64,000 nucleotides of DNA from an uncultured Spirochaetota bacterium. Lineage in GTDB: Bacteria; Spirochaetota; Brevinematia; Brevinematales; JAOACQ01. Location: contig CAVYGN010000001.1 of the NCBI GenBank assembly GCA_963768055.1, forward strand, positions 53,590 to 117,589, written 5' to 3'. Positions 1 to 10,211 of this stretch are shown here, one piece after another; the first letter of the stretch is position 1, and each line of letters begins with the position of its first letter. The notes below the pieces were generated by a model. The model ran no database searches. It was not told the DNA's origin and worked only from the letters and a program-made list of their open reading frames with translations. The position numbers and the translations under genes were made by a program.

Positions 1-207
1 GTTTTCCGGGGATACGACGGATTGATCACCAGCTTCATGGACGGGGGATTGCCTCTCCGGTTCTGGCTGTACAAAACCTTTTCCGGCAATATCATCGCTC
101 TGTGCCTGATTCCGGTTATGGTCCTGGTCCTTTTTCTTACCCGGTATTTTTCAAAAAAGGAAACCGGGAAATTTTCAGGAACGGGCGGCGGCATGCATAG
201 TGACTAG
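1..207 (+). CDS. C-terminal part of a membrane protein (runs in from the left edge)
   Basis: Frame 1 is open from position 1 to TAG at 205-207; hydrophobic segment NIIALCLIPVMVLVLFL. Confidence 0.55.
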   Translation, partial: VFRGYDGLITSFMDGGLPLRFWLYKTFSGNIIALCLIPVMVLVLFLTRYFSKKETGKFSGTGGGMHSD

Positions 208-226
208 GCTGGACGCCGTGTTATTG

Positions 227-871
227 TTAACCCTTTCCAAGCTGAAAATATTTTTTGGAAATAAGAAAAAACCATAATATCCAGAAAATATAACCAATAT
301 TGATAAATATGCCTGTTATTTTTGATAAAGCAATTCCCGAGAATAAATCACAACATATTAATAGAATAAAAAACGAAAGAGTTCCAATGATTGAAGTAAA
401 TTTTCCGAACCTGTTGCTCAGCAGCATTAAAATTGAGAATATCAGGCCTGCGGTCAAGATCCCGGTACGCCCGCCGGAATGAGTCAGATATAACAAGACT
501 ATTCCAAGAAAAGGTGAAATAACCGCAAAAATTGAAAATATTGCCCAGATAATATTCTTTTTCCAGAGATTATAGCAAAAGGCTATCGATATTAAACAAA
601 AAAGTATCATAATAGCAAAATCGATCAAATGAAGGGCCGATAACGAATCTCTCTGAACTGCTCCGAAATTAAGCTTTGAGAAAAGAATTATCCAGTTGTC
701 ATCAAAAATTTTAAGCCAATTGTTTATAAAATCAAGTTTTAAAACCAGGGATAACGAGCTGATACCTGCCAGAATAAGCAATGCCGAAATTAATGATGAG
801 GCTATACCGACAGATTTATAGAATCTTTTTAATCCAATCTTATCGGCCTCGTTGTTTTGTATTGCAGCCAT
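227..871 (-). CDS. multi-pass membrane protein (DUF4386-like)
   Basis: ORF 227..913; ATG at 871 has GGAGG upstream; about 6 hydrophobic segments. Confidence 0.6.
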   Translation of the reverse strand: MAAIQNNEADKIGLKRFYKSVGIASSLISALLILAGISSLSLVLKLDFINNWLKIFDDNWIILFSKLNFGAVQRDSLSALHLIDFAIMILFCLISIAFCYNLWKKNIIWAIFSIFAVISPFLGIVLLYLTHSGGRTGILTAGLIFSILMLLSNRFGKFTSIIGTLSFFILLICCDLFSGIALSKITGIFINIGYIFWILWFFLISKKYFQLGKG

Positions 872-928
872 TCTAATTCCTCCGATTGAAAAATATCCCA
901 TATTTTCCGGCAATTAACTCCAGATGTC

Positions 929-960
929 AAAAAAAAGAATGCCCCCCTGTACGAGGGGGA
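929..960 (-). terminator. intrinsic terminator
   Basis: CCCCCT/AGGGGG stem followed on the minus strand by CATTCTTTTTTT. Confidence 0.6.
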
Positions 961-1072
961 TTTCAATAAGGGCGCACGACCCGAAAACAGGCATTGCCGG
1001 CAGAAGGGTTTTCCGCACCGGCCCCCATTACTCAGGCGTTCCGGTATGCCCGCAATCCAATCCCGATGATTA

Positions 1073-1222
1073 TCAGGGTACTACAAATATTGATATTGCG
1101 CCAGTGCAATCCATCAAATACGGCTGTTCGACGCCGTTGACCCAGTAGCAGACGTAGCCGATGCCATCGTACCCACAGATATAAACATTGCCCCCGGATA
1201 CAAACATCGATTCGACATCTCC
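1073..1222 (-). pseudogene. C-terminal remnant of a paralog of the 3792..4820 repeat lipoprotein
   Basis: Manual translation VESMFVSGGNVYICGYDGIGYVCYWVNGVEQPYLMDCTGAISIFVVP* aligns to AYSIYVTGSTIYVSGNDGVYPCYWINGVKQPYLTDCGGATSIFVTP*; the off-frame ORFs 1114..1362 and 3833..4042 both end ATGSTASNSRI. Confidence 0.85.
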
Positions 1223-1225
1223 GCA

Positions 1226-1372
1226 CAGGACATCATTGGCTGGCAGGCGAATGGCATATCGAAAGTGTTTTGATTCAAGGTATTCATAGATCTCGGGTTT
1301 GGCAAATGCCGCATCGCCTCGAAAGTACTAAGGGAGATCCCGATCACGTTAGCGGGAAACAACTGGTTCTAA
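1226..1372 (-). mobile_element. IS1380-family transposase remnant (two in-frame stops)
   Basis: Manual translation LEPVVSR*RDRDLP*YFRGDAAFAKPEIYEYLESKHFRYAIRLPANDVL matches the FRxDAAFA..YExLE..YAIRLPAN segment I recall for IS1380 transposases. Confidence 0.8.
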
Positions 1373-1388
1373 TGCTAATACCCCAAAT

Positions 1389-3561
1389 TTAATGTGAATA
1401 TGCCGCCGCTGTACTGGCAATGTCAACCGCAGCGAAAACACCGTTGCCGTATGTCACTGAATACCAGCTTGCACTGCTTGGAAGCGGGGTTATTGCGGCC
1501 GTCCAATTCATTCCGTCGGTTGAATACGCCGCCGCTGTGCTGCCTTTGTCAATTGCAACAAAAACACCGTTGCCGTATGTCACTGAAGACCAGCCTCCAA
1601 CGCTTGGAAGCGGGGTTATTGCAGCCGTCCAGTTTTTACCGTCCGTTGAGAACTCCGCTGTAGATAAGGAAATCGCCACAAAAACGCCGTTGCCGTATGT
1701 CACTGATATCCAGTGTGCACTACTAGGAAGCGGGGTTATTGCGGCAGCCCATACCGACCCCGAGGGTATCCAGTACGCGTAAATGGTTGTATTCGCAGAA
1801 ACAGTAGTACTTGCCGTAAACTGAGTCCCGCCGCCGTTAGGGGCGGTGTACCAGCCGTTAAAATAATAGCACAGGTATGTCGGTACCGCCGGAAGAGTCC
1901 CGACAGTGGTAGCGGGGAAGGTGACATTCTGCGGGCTTACCGAAGACCCTCCCCCGCTGTTATATGTAACCGTATATGTTATTGGAGTCCAGACCGCATA
2001 AAGCATGATATTTGCCGCACCGATAGTGAAACTTGCCCCTATGGGGTAATTGATCCCGGTCCCGTCGGATTTCGTGTTCCAGCCGCTTAAAAAGTATCCC
2101 GAATTAAGGAGGTTTCCGGTGTTGCCTGAAACGGTGACCGTCGATCCCGGCAGATAGCTGCTGCCGTCAACCGGAACGTTCCCCAAAGCTCCGTTCGCGT
2201 TGTAGGTGACCGTATATGTCGGATTTTGTATTACATAGCTGTCAGTCACCGCATCCGAATCGTCCATTCCCGTCATGACCGCCTTTGCTATTATTGTAAC
2301 GCTTGATGAAACTAAAACAGTATTGTTCTGGTTCCAGTTCCAGGTCGTACCCCCGTCTGTCGACCATATAACGGCCGCCCCGGTTGTAGGGCATGTAAAT
2401 GTGAGTGTGAAAGCCGACGAGTAAGTCCCGGACGCCGCGCTGAACGCCGGATTGGCGGTTTTTCCCGAAGTCGTATACGCATAGCTGACCATGTGTGAAG
2501 TCGTCCATCCTGCGATGTAAGCCATTGCATTAATAGTGCTCGATCCCGGCAACGTCATTACCCCGCTATAAAGTGTCGAGGATGTCGTCGGCGTTGACCC
2601 GTCCAGCGAATAATAAATATTCGCTCCTGAAGTAGCGCTTGCGATGTTTATATATTTCGAGGTATGGTTGTCTATCAGCGTGAATACCGGGTCTATGACT
2701 ATTCCCGTGACCGTGAAAGTCTGTGTGATTATAGGCGAGGATGTCAAACCCGCCTTGAATGAGAATGCGTTTATCGTCATCGCCGAGCCCGGCGCAAGCG
2801 GTATCGCTGTGCTATAGACCTTCGACGACGTCGTAGGGGCCGATCCGTCTGTAGTATAATAAATTTTAGCCCCTGTTGTCTGGCTCTTAATCTTGATGTT
2901 TATATTAGAAAAGTAAGTCCCCTGGACAGGGCTGAAGGCCGGCGCTCCGACTGTTCCCCCCGGGACCGCCGGCTGGAAATAATATGTGCACTGGACGACC
3001 CTCGAGTCCCCCATTCCGCTTGTAACTGCGATAGCACTTACTGTCGTGGTGCCGCTGGAAAGTTTCAGGGTGCCCAGCACCGGCGATGCTTCCGTAGGCG
3101 TGCTGCCGTCCGTTGTATAATGGACTACCGATCCGGAAGTAGTGCTCTTTATCTGTATTGTTTTAGCCGTTGTATAAGTCCCGCCGACCGGGTTGAATAT
3201 CGGGTCGACAGTGTATTGAACAGCCGGCAGGGCCGCTGCCTTGACTGAGCCGAAACTTCCGTTCGCCGTTGTTTTAACAGGCGATTTCGCCTGGGACTGG
3301 CCCGGCACGTCAGGCGTTTTGGGCGGCCCCCAATAAAACACCTCGCCGACCCAGTTGGCCGAGTCGTCCGCTCAGAACGACGATGCGGAAGAAGAAGTAT
3401 GAGAAGTAGAAGAAGAACTGCTCCCGCCAGATGAAATTGTTCCCGCCTCCCCCTCCGCCTTGATTATTATTGCCGCCCCCGCCAAGGTTTAGTGAACAAG
3501 TATAAATGAGAATAATGAAAGCGATTAATGAACAGGTTAAGAGAATAATTTTTTTAAATAT
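1389..3561 (-). pseudogene. surface lipoprotein with chitobiase/Fn3-associated repeats, InlB B-repeats and C-terminal BNR-like repeats; inactivated
   Basis: AGGAGG followed by ATA (3561) instead of ATG; signal peptide ending IYTC; 1-base frameshift near 3440; in-frame TGA at 3372-3374; four YTTDGSTPT-type domains; two YTVTYN repeats; truncated mid-repeat (AAAYSH*). Confidence 0.85.
1400..1790 (-). repeat. about 120-bp coding tandem repeats (about 40 aa)
   Basis: AAAAC(A/G)CCGTTGCCGTATGTCACTGA at 1435, 1561 and 1681; peptide AAITPLPSS..W.SVTYGNGVFVA. Confidence 0.9.
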
Positions 3562-3791
3562 CGATATCCTCCTATTTTGTTAAATTCTTAATAAATTATA
3601 TTAAAGGAAATATTATCATGCAAATAATTTAACAAAGAATAATTATTATATTGGAATATTCTTGAAAATATTTGGAAATATTTTAAATTATTAAAATAGG
3701 TTTTTACTTTCAAGGTCCGGCCAGGCCGTAGGAAAAATAAATCGACTTTACTTTTCCTTTTTCATGGACAATTGCGGCCTGCCATCTTTCT

Positions 3792-4820
3792 TCAGGGTGT
3801 TACAAATATAGATGTTGCGCCACCGCAGTCCGTCAAATACGGCTGTTTGACGCCGTTGATCCAGTAGCAGGGATAAACGCCGTCATTCCCGGATACATAA
3901 ATAGTGCTGCCCGTAACGTAGATAGAGTATGCGGTTGATCCGAGCGTTTGAGATAGAGGTGACTGTTCTTTGCCTTTGACCCAGTAACAGGCGTAGGTGT
4001 TGTTATCGTCCCCGGCGGCATAAACATTACCGCCGGATACATAGATTGACTTTGCTTCTCCGCCGGCCGACAGCACCACTATGCCGCTGGTGTTGTCGAC
4101 CCAGTAGCAGGCCTGGCCGCCACCGGCGGAGTCATCGACCCCGGCGACATAGACATGGCCGCTGTCAAAGAAGATTGAGAATGCATTGTCCATGCCGCCG
4201 GCGGTGTAAGTCGTTAGGTCCTGTTCGCCAATGGCGTTGTTGACCCAGTAGCAGGCGTCCCCGCTACCATTTACCCCGGCAATATAAGAATTGCCGCCGG
4301 ATACGAAGATCGAGTATGCGTAACCCCCGGTCGACAGCACCGGTTGTTTCTTGCCGTCGACCCAGTAGCAGGGCTGGCCATAGGTGCTGTCATCAATCCC
4401 GGCGACATAAACATAGCCGCTGTCTACGAAGATTGATAATGCATTGTCATAAACGGCGGCAGTTGTCAGGACATGTTCGGTGCCGTCGACCCAGTAACAG
4501 GCCTGGTAAGCATCATCGTACCCGGCTACATAAACATGGCCGCCGGATACGTAGATTGAGTTGGCATCTCCTAAGCCGCCGGACGTCAGCGCCGGCTGTT
4601 CGACGCCGTTGACCCAGTAGCAGGCGTCGCCGTTGATATTATACCCGGCGATATAGACTGTCGGGCCTGAAGGAGAACTATGCGAAGATGAAGAACTTGA
4701 TGAAGAACCGGACGAAGAATTCAATTGGGATGTTATGTCATTCGGGGCGAAAAAGCTGGAGCAGGAGAAGGTTAACGCTGTCAATGCGGCAGATATAATT
4801 ATCGATACTGATCTATTCAT
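3792..4820 (-). CDS. lipoprotein with Ser-rich linker and about 6.5 copies of a ~43-aa repeat (putative beta-propeller)
   Basis: MNRSVSIIISAALTALTFSC lipobox; poly-Ser; repeated A.SI(F/Y)V.GG.VY.AG.D...CYWV.G. Confidence 0.8.
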   Translation of the reverse strand: MNRSVSIIISAALTALTFSCSSFFAPNDITSQLNSSSGSSSSSSSSHSSPSGPTVYIAGYNINGDACYWVNGVEQPALTSGGLGDANSIYVSGGHVYVAGYDDAYQACYWVDGTEHVLTTAAVYDNALSIFVDSGYVYVAGIDDSTYGQPCYWVDGKKQPVLSTGGYAYSIFVSGGNSYIAGVNGSGDACYWVNNAIGEQDLTTYTAGGMDNAFSIFFDSGHVYVAGVDDSAGGGQACYWVDNTSGIVVLSAGGEAKSIYVSGGNVYAAGDDNNTYACYWVKGKEQSPLSQTLGSTAYSIYVTGSTIYVSGNDGVYPCYWINGVKQPYLTDCGGATSIFVTP

Positions 4821-4838
4821 AATGTATTTTCCTCTCAT

Positions 4839-6176
4839 TTAAAATCTTATGCCTATCCCGCACATAGGGTATATATTGTGGTCGTAGAGGCTGTATCTCG
4901 CCCCGCCCTCGATAAAGAAGTTAAGCCATGAAAATTCGACTTCTGCTATAGGGGAAAACGTTGGAGAACTTGTAAAATAAACAAACATTCCTCCGTAAAC
5001 AGTCAGCTTGAAATCTCCAAACCCGATAATATCGAGGCCTATACCAGCGTTCGCGACTGGCAGAATCACGCTATTCATATATACCGCTCCGCCGAGAAGC
5101 GAAGCCCGCAGGCCGCCGATAAAATAATAATCGAGGCCGAGAGTCCCGCCGTATCCGCCCTGGAGGGCATGAACGGATACGAACAATCTCCGGGTATTGT
5201 CTTTCTTTACCTCGACCGGAGCGGTCTTCGCTATAGAGGAAAAATCAGCCGTATATGTATTTCCCTCTTCAACCCTGATAATCTTGCTGTCAAGAACCTT
5301 GCCGTCATTTTCAATGCGTATCGCATGGCTCTCTCCCGCTTTCATGTTGCTCACGGCAAGCTCGCCGTTTTTGCCGGTTTCACCGGCCATGAAATCGTCG
5401 GCGAAAACATTTATGCCCGGCGAACCGGCTTTTACGACTATAACGCCGGAGGGAGCGTAAGTGATATCCCTGTTCTCACCGTCCCTGAGCGTAATTGTAT
5501 CATGGTAAACCTCGCGTCCTGTTTCCGGGATGACTATCGACACTTCGATAGGTTCTTCGGCCGGCTCTATTTCTTTAAAACCGTCCTGTCTGGTTATTTT
5601 TTTCTGAAAATTTTTGTTTATAAGCAGGCTGTATGCCGAATCCGAGGATATCTCCACTTCAAGATTGCCCATGTACACCGGATGGCCGACGAGTTCTATT
5701 GAAATGTTGCGGATAAGCCTGTCGATCGTGTCGAATATTTCTACGCCGGCGTCCCCGGAATATTCCCTCTGCAGTTTAAGCTTGTCCGTGACAGGATCGT
5801 ATATATAAACAATTATTTCTATCGTGTTATTTTTCGCATCGACCTTGTAAGTGCCTGTAACGACCCGTTCGGCTTTTAGCGACAGGCCCATTTCGACAGC
5901 GGTTTCGATATCCAGCTTTTTCGATTTCCAGAACTTATTCTCCGCCGCAAGTTTTTCCATAATTGCAAAGGGCGTCACCCTGACGCCGCCGATCTTTCCC
6001 AGATAGGTTATCAGCGATTTGCTGATGACCTTATTGATGGGATCGTCCGTTTTAACGCCCTGGTTTATGAACCCGGCTACGGCGATTGTTTTGATTTCCT
6101 CGGTAAATAGGGATGATACTGATACAGATAAAATAATGGATAAAAACAGGAAAGCAATCTTGTTCGGAATGCTCAT
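4839..6176 (-). CDS. exported protein with TolB-N/CsgG-like N-terminal domain, PEGA-like middle and beta-barrel-like C-terminus ending in Phe
   Basis: Signal peptide; IAVAGFINQG..VVTGTY; C-terminal GIGIRF; ATG 6176 has a GGAG RBS. Confidence 0.6.
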   Translation of the reverse strand: MSIPNKIAFLFLSIILSVSVSSLFTEEIKTIAVAGFINQGVKTDDPINKVISKSLITYLGKIGGVRVTPFAIMEKLAAENKFWKSKKLDIETAVEMGLSLKAERVVTGTYKVDAKNNTIEIIVYIYDPVTDKLKLQREYSGDAGVEIFDTIDRLIRNISIELVGHPVYMGNLEVEISSDSAYSLLINKNFQKKITRQDGFKEIEPAEEPIEVSIVIPETGREVYHDTITLRDGENRDITYAPSGVIVVKAGSPGINVFADDFMAGETGKNGELAVSNMKAGESHAIRIENDGKVLDSKIIRVEEGNTYTADFSSIAKTAPVEVKKDNTRRLFVSVHALQGGYGGTLGLDYYFIGGLRASLLGGAVYMNSVILPVANAGIGLDIIGFGDFKLTVYGGMFVYFTSSPTFSPIAEVEFSWLNFFIEGGARYSLYDHNIYPMCGIGIRF

Positions 6177-6256
6177 ATACTCTCCTAAAAATGATAAAAT
6201 ATTTTGACAAAGCTTAAAATAAATACCGTTTATTGTCAATATTTTCTATATAGGTA

Positions 6257-6310
6257 TTGACAATAATTTTAAAAGATGTTACTATATATTGACTGACTAT
6301 AAAGTCAATA
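6257..6310 (+). promoter_or_regulatory. sigma70 promoter and putative TetR operator
   Basis: TTGACA(6257)-17 bp-TACTAT(6280); inverted repeat TATTGACT-N8-AGTCAATA at 6287-6310. Confidence 0.7.
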
Positions 6311-6330
6311 TAAAAACGGGGGCGGTGCTT

Positions 6331-6975
6331 ATGTCTCCGAGAACTAAAGAGGCGAATGAGCAGATCCGGAGCGGCCGCAGGGAGCAGATACTCAGGGCTG
6401 CAATGAGGGTATTCGGCAGGAGAGGACTTGCAGCGGCTAAGATCAGCGATATAGCTTCTGAAGCCGGTTTCAGCCACGGTCTGGTTTACAATTACTTCGG
6501 GTCGAAGGATGAAATTTTCACGGAGCTGGTCAGGCGGGCAATGGATTTTTCCATTGGCATAATTTCAGCTGCAGTTCAGGCCGAAGGGTCTGCCTGGGAC
6601 CGCATAAAGCGGATAACTGAAACTATAGTTAACGGAGCCTACCGGGGCGACGCCCCGTATTATTTTCTGATCATTATCCAGGCGTTCACATCCGATGCCG
6701 TTCCCCCTGAAAGCAAGGAGATTTCATCAAAGCAGTCCATTCTTTTCAATAAGTATATGGTCCCCCTGATAAGGGAAGGCCAGGAATCCGGGGAGATAGC
6801 TCCCGGCTATCCGGAGGAACTGTCGATGGCCTATTTCGCACTTATACAAGGGCTGGCAATAATGAAAATACAGGGCGGCGAATCGATGCCCGATCCGTCC
6901 CCCGATATTGTCCTGCGCCTGCTCCGCAACGGCCGTACCCCGGCCGTTGAATCAAATATAAGGAGGCTTAAATGA
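6331..6975 (+). CDS. TetR/AcrR family transcriptional regulator
   Basis: N-terminal HTH RREQILRAAMRVFGRRGLAAAKISDIASEAGFSHGLVYNYFGSKDEIF. Confidence 0.9.
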   Translation: MSPRTKEANEQIRSGRREQILRAAMRVFGRRGLAAAKISDIASEAGFSHGLVYNYFGSKDEIFTELVRRAMDFSIGIISAAVQAEGSAWDRIKRITETIVNGAYRGDAPYYFLIIIQAFTSDAVPPESKEISSKQSILFNKYMVPLIREGQESGEIAPGYPEELSMAYFALIQGLAIMKIQGGESMPDPSPDIVLRLLRNGRTPAVESNIRRLK

Positions 6976-7548
6976 TAAAGAATATTATCGAATATGCGGC
7001 TATGATCTACGGGGCAATGGAAATTGCTTATGGGATAACAAGCCGGATCAGGAGCGGCAATGTTTCAAAAAATAACAAGGACAAAGGAAGCTTTGTGCTG
7101 AATCTTTTATTCTTAGGGATAGGGTTCACTATTTCTCTCGGGATTTATTTAGGGGGTTCCGGGGGCCCTGATGTTCGCCGATGCGGTTTATCCCTTTGCT
7201 GCGGGTGCGGCTATCGTCATTATAGGCTTCATTGTAAGGGCCGCTGCAATACTGACCTTAAACCGGCAATTCACATTCTCTGTTCAGATCTTCGACTCTC
7301 ACAGGCTCTATGATTCCGGGATATACCGGTATATAAGGCACCCTTCCTACCTTGGAATAATTCTCATAACAACGGGGTTCGGCCTGGCGATGAACAGCTG
7401 GATCTGCCTTGGCATCCAGGTGCTGATCAATTTTATACCCATGATCTATCGGATAAATGTCGAGGAAAAAGCCCTTATTGAAAAATTCGGGGCTTCGTAT
7501 TCGGATTATATGAAGAAGACAAAAAGGCTTGTGCCTTTTATATACTAG
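6972..7548 (+). pseudogene. isoprenylcysteine carboxyl methyltransferase family protein, frameshifted
   Basis: Overlapping ORFs 6972..7313 and 7171..7548 offset by +1 at G5 runs (7152-7165); C-terminal GIYRYIRHPSYLG and RINVEEKAL motifs. Confidence 0.8.
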
Positions 7549-7584
7549 GCGGGCGATATGCCGTGATCATGAGGCGGGCGGTTT

Positions 7585-8034
7585 TCAGCCGTTTGTTTCT
7601 GCAAAAAAGAGGCTCTTCATTTCTTCCGAGGCTTTTTCCGCCCATTTCGCAGCCTTTTCCTTCTGAGCCGGGGTCAGGGTCTTATGAAAATCAGTGAATT
7701 TCTGAGTGATAAAATCCTCCAGCTCCCTGTCGAGACCGTTCATTTTTTCCCAGAGCTGGTCCAGCTTTGCCTGATCGACGGCGTCGCTTTTGACCAGGGC
7801 GGCGAAATCGTCGTTGAGCCGGATACGGTCTTCCTTCTGGGCATTCAGCTTTTGAAAGAACCCGATCGTGATCTGCCTGACGGAATTCTGCTGGTCTTTT
7901 GTCAGGTCCAGTTCCGCTATAATTCTTTGCGCTATCCAATCCGCCCTTTGTTCCATTGTAGTTGCGCATCCCGCCAAAAGCACGATCGTGAATATAAGGA
8001 CAGCGGCAATCGTTCCCGATGATCTGTAAGTCAT
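7585..8034 (-). CDS. Spy/CpxP-like (LTXXQ motif) lipoprotein
   Basis: LLAGC lipobox; LDLTKDQQ and LTPAQKEK motifs; ATG 8034 has GGAGG. Confidence 0.75.
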   Translation of the reverse strand: MTYRSSGTIAAVLIFTIVLLAGCATTMEQRADWIAQRIIAELDLTKDQQNSVRQITIGFFQKLNAQKEDRIRLNDDFAALVKSDAVDQAKLDQLWEKMNGLDRELEDFITQKFTDFHKTLTPAQKEKAAKWAEKASEEMKSLFFAETNG

Positions 8035-8223
8035 ATGAATGCCTCCTGCTGTATTCTTACGCATTCCCCCTGCAGAATATATACCGGTTCGCAGGAAAAG
8101 TAAAGGGTCAAACGGCAGGCAATAACGATTTTAAAAAATTAAATATTAAAATACCGGGATTTCGGTATTGAAATTCTGAAAGTTTTGCTTTATTCTATCT
8201 TAAATTATGATTTTATGGAACAA

Positions 8224-10113
8224 ATGATGAAAAAAGCAGAAGCGATCGTTTTGATCATTTTATTGATCCTGATAAAAGGTTTGATTTCAGGGCAGGATGA
8301 CAGCAGCTACTATCCCGGCGATACCTGGCGGACATCTACGGCGGAAGCTCAGGGGATGGATTCCGGATACCTCGTCAAAATGATGGATGATATTCAATCG
8401 AATAATTTGAATATACACAGCATGATAATTATAAGGCATGGATATGTTGTTATGGAAGCTTACAGAGAACCCTTCGGAAAGGACAATATTCATGCCATTA
8501 ATTCATGCACTAAGAACGTAGCGTCAGCTTTGATCGGCATCGCTCTGAGGGAAGGCTATATTAAAAGCATCGATCAAAGGGTGGTTGATATCTTTTCAAA
8601 CCTGAATATTAAAAATCTGGATGATAACAAGCGGGCTATGACAATTAAACACCTGCTTACCGAGAGTTCCGGAATCAATTTTACCGGGTTATATCCCGAT
8701 GGATACTTAAACGCCCCCGATTGGACCCGATTTTATCTCGATCAGCCGATGGCCGCGCCGCCCGGCAAGGTGTTTCATTATGATTCCGCGGGCGTGAATC
8801 TCCTTATGGCAATTCTGCAGAAAACCAGCGGCTTGAAAAATTCGGATTTTGCCGATAAATTCCTCTTCAAACCGATAGGCATTACCAAATACTACTGGCA
8901 GTCCGATCCTCAAGGTCTTAATCTGGGGGGTATGGGGCTTGCATTGACGCCTATGGAAATGGCCAGGTTCGGTTATCTTTATCTGAAAAAGGGTTTATGG
9001 AATGGAAAGAGGGTAATACCTGCCGATTGGGTAGAGGCGTCCCTGTCCAGTCAGATAAAACCGCCTGCCTGGTTTTCTAAAGACAAGGGGCACGGCTACC
9101 TCTGGTGGGAGCTTCAATCCGGAGGATTCGCGGGGATCGGCCATGGGGGGCAATATATAATTGTCATGCCCGGGCGGGATATGGTGATCGTAATTAACTC
9201 CGGACTTTCCGATAAAACTCATTGGCAAACTGTAAGCCCTCTGATAGAATATATAAACAAGTCTGTCGTATCCGGTAAAAGTATCGTGGAAAATCCGGAA
9301 AAACAAGCAGAACTGTCGGAGGCCATCAGGAATTTGGCGAATCCGGCAAGCAAAACGGCAATTATTATTCCGGAAACGGCTCAGAGAATATCCGGTAAAA
9401 AATATATCCTGAATCCAAACTCATGGAATTTAAAAACCCTTATGGTGACTTTTAATGGAAAGGACGAATGTATTGCCGAACTGGGCTGGCCCGGTTTTCT
9501 GTTCTTTGACTACCGTTACGAAATTGCAATCGGATTGGACGGCAAATACTGGGAGAATAGATTTGCCCCTGATTTTCGCCAGCGCGAACTTTCACGGGGT
9601 AAATGGGTCAGTAATGATACTTTTGTTATTGAATATTACAGGCCCTGGGCCGATAGCAGTAAAATTCTTTGTGTTTGCCAAATTGATCATGACAGGTTTT
9701 CAATGACATTGGAATCGACTACCGGAGAATGGCTGCAGGAGTTTACAGGGAAAATGGAACAACAGATTTTCTTATTTGAAGCGGCTTCCAGGGGCGATTA
9801 TAACTTCATAAAAAGTTATCGGGGCTATATCGACGATAAAGACGATTACGGCAAGACGGCAATGATGTACGCCGCCGATGCCCTGACGGTTAAAACGTTA
9901 ATCGCAGCCGGGGCCGATATAAATTCGGTTGATGAAAAAGGCTGGACGGCATTGATGTATGCGGTCAAGGAAGGAAAAACGGATGCGGTTAAAGAATTGA
10001 TCGAAGACGGTTCCGATATAAACGCGAAAGATAATTACGGCAGGACGGCTATATTTTGGGCTAAAAATGAAGCTATAGTAAATCTGTTTAAAAATGCAAA
10101 AGCCGGGAAATAG
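8224..10113 (+). CDS. serine hydrolase (beta-lactamase class C-like) with C-terminal ankyrin repeats
   Basis: SxxK (SCTK), FHYDS, GHGGQ; ankyrin motifs GKTAMMYA, GWTALMYAV, GRTAIFWA. Confidence 0.85.
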   Translation: MMKKAEAIVLIILLILIKGLISGQDDSSYYPGDTWRTSTAEAQGMDSGYLVKMMDDIQSNNLNIHSMIIIRHGYVVMEAYREPFGKDNIHAINSCTKNVASALIGIALREGYIKSIDQRVVDIFSNLNIKNLDDNKRAMTIKHLLTESSGINFTGLYPDGYLNAPDWTRFYLDQPMAAPPGKVFHYDSAGVNLLMAILQKTSGLKNSDFADKFLFKPIGITKYYWQSDPQGLNLGGMGLALTPMEMARFGYLYLKKGLWNGKRVIPADWVEASLSSQIKPPAWFSKDKGHGYLWWELQSGGFAGIGHGGQYIIVMPGRDMVIVINSGLSDKTHWQTVSPLIEYINKSVVSGKSIVENPEKQAELSEAIRNLANPASKTAIIIPETAQRISGKKYILNPNSWNLKTLMVTFNGKDECIAELGWPGFLFFDYRYEIAIGLDGKYWENRFAPDFRQRELSRGKWVSNDTFVIEYYRPWADSSKILCVCQIDHDRFSMTLESTTGEWLQEFTGKMEQQIFLFEAASRGDYNFIKSYRGYIDDKDDYGKTAMMYAADALTVKTLIAAGADINSVDEKGWTALMYAVKEGKTDAVKELIEDGSDINAKDNYGRTAIFWAKNEAIVNLFKNAKAGK

Positions 10114-10211
10114 GATATAGGGGTAACCAGGCTGATAAAAATATATAAAATGTGCTTGACATCATAATCGTAATATTATAATATTAAGATATTGATTTTA
10201 GGAAAATAGAA

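Noticed and set aside
1400-1790. 26-bp repeats at about 120-bp spacing as a CRISPR array
   Set aside because: The intervening sequences are similar to each other and in frame; these are coding protein repeats
3372-3374. In-frame TGA as selenocysteine or a recoded stop
   Set aside because: It lies in a Ser linker of a gene that also has a lost start and a frameshift; many genes in the window end in TGA
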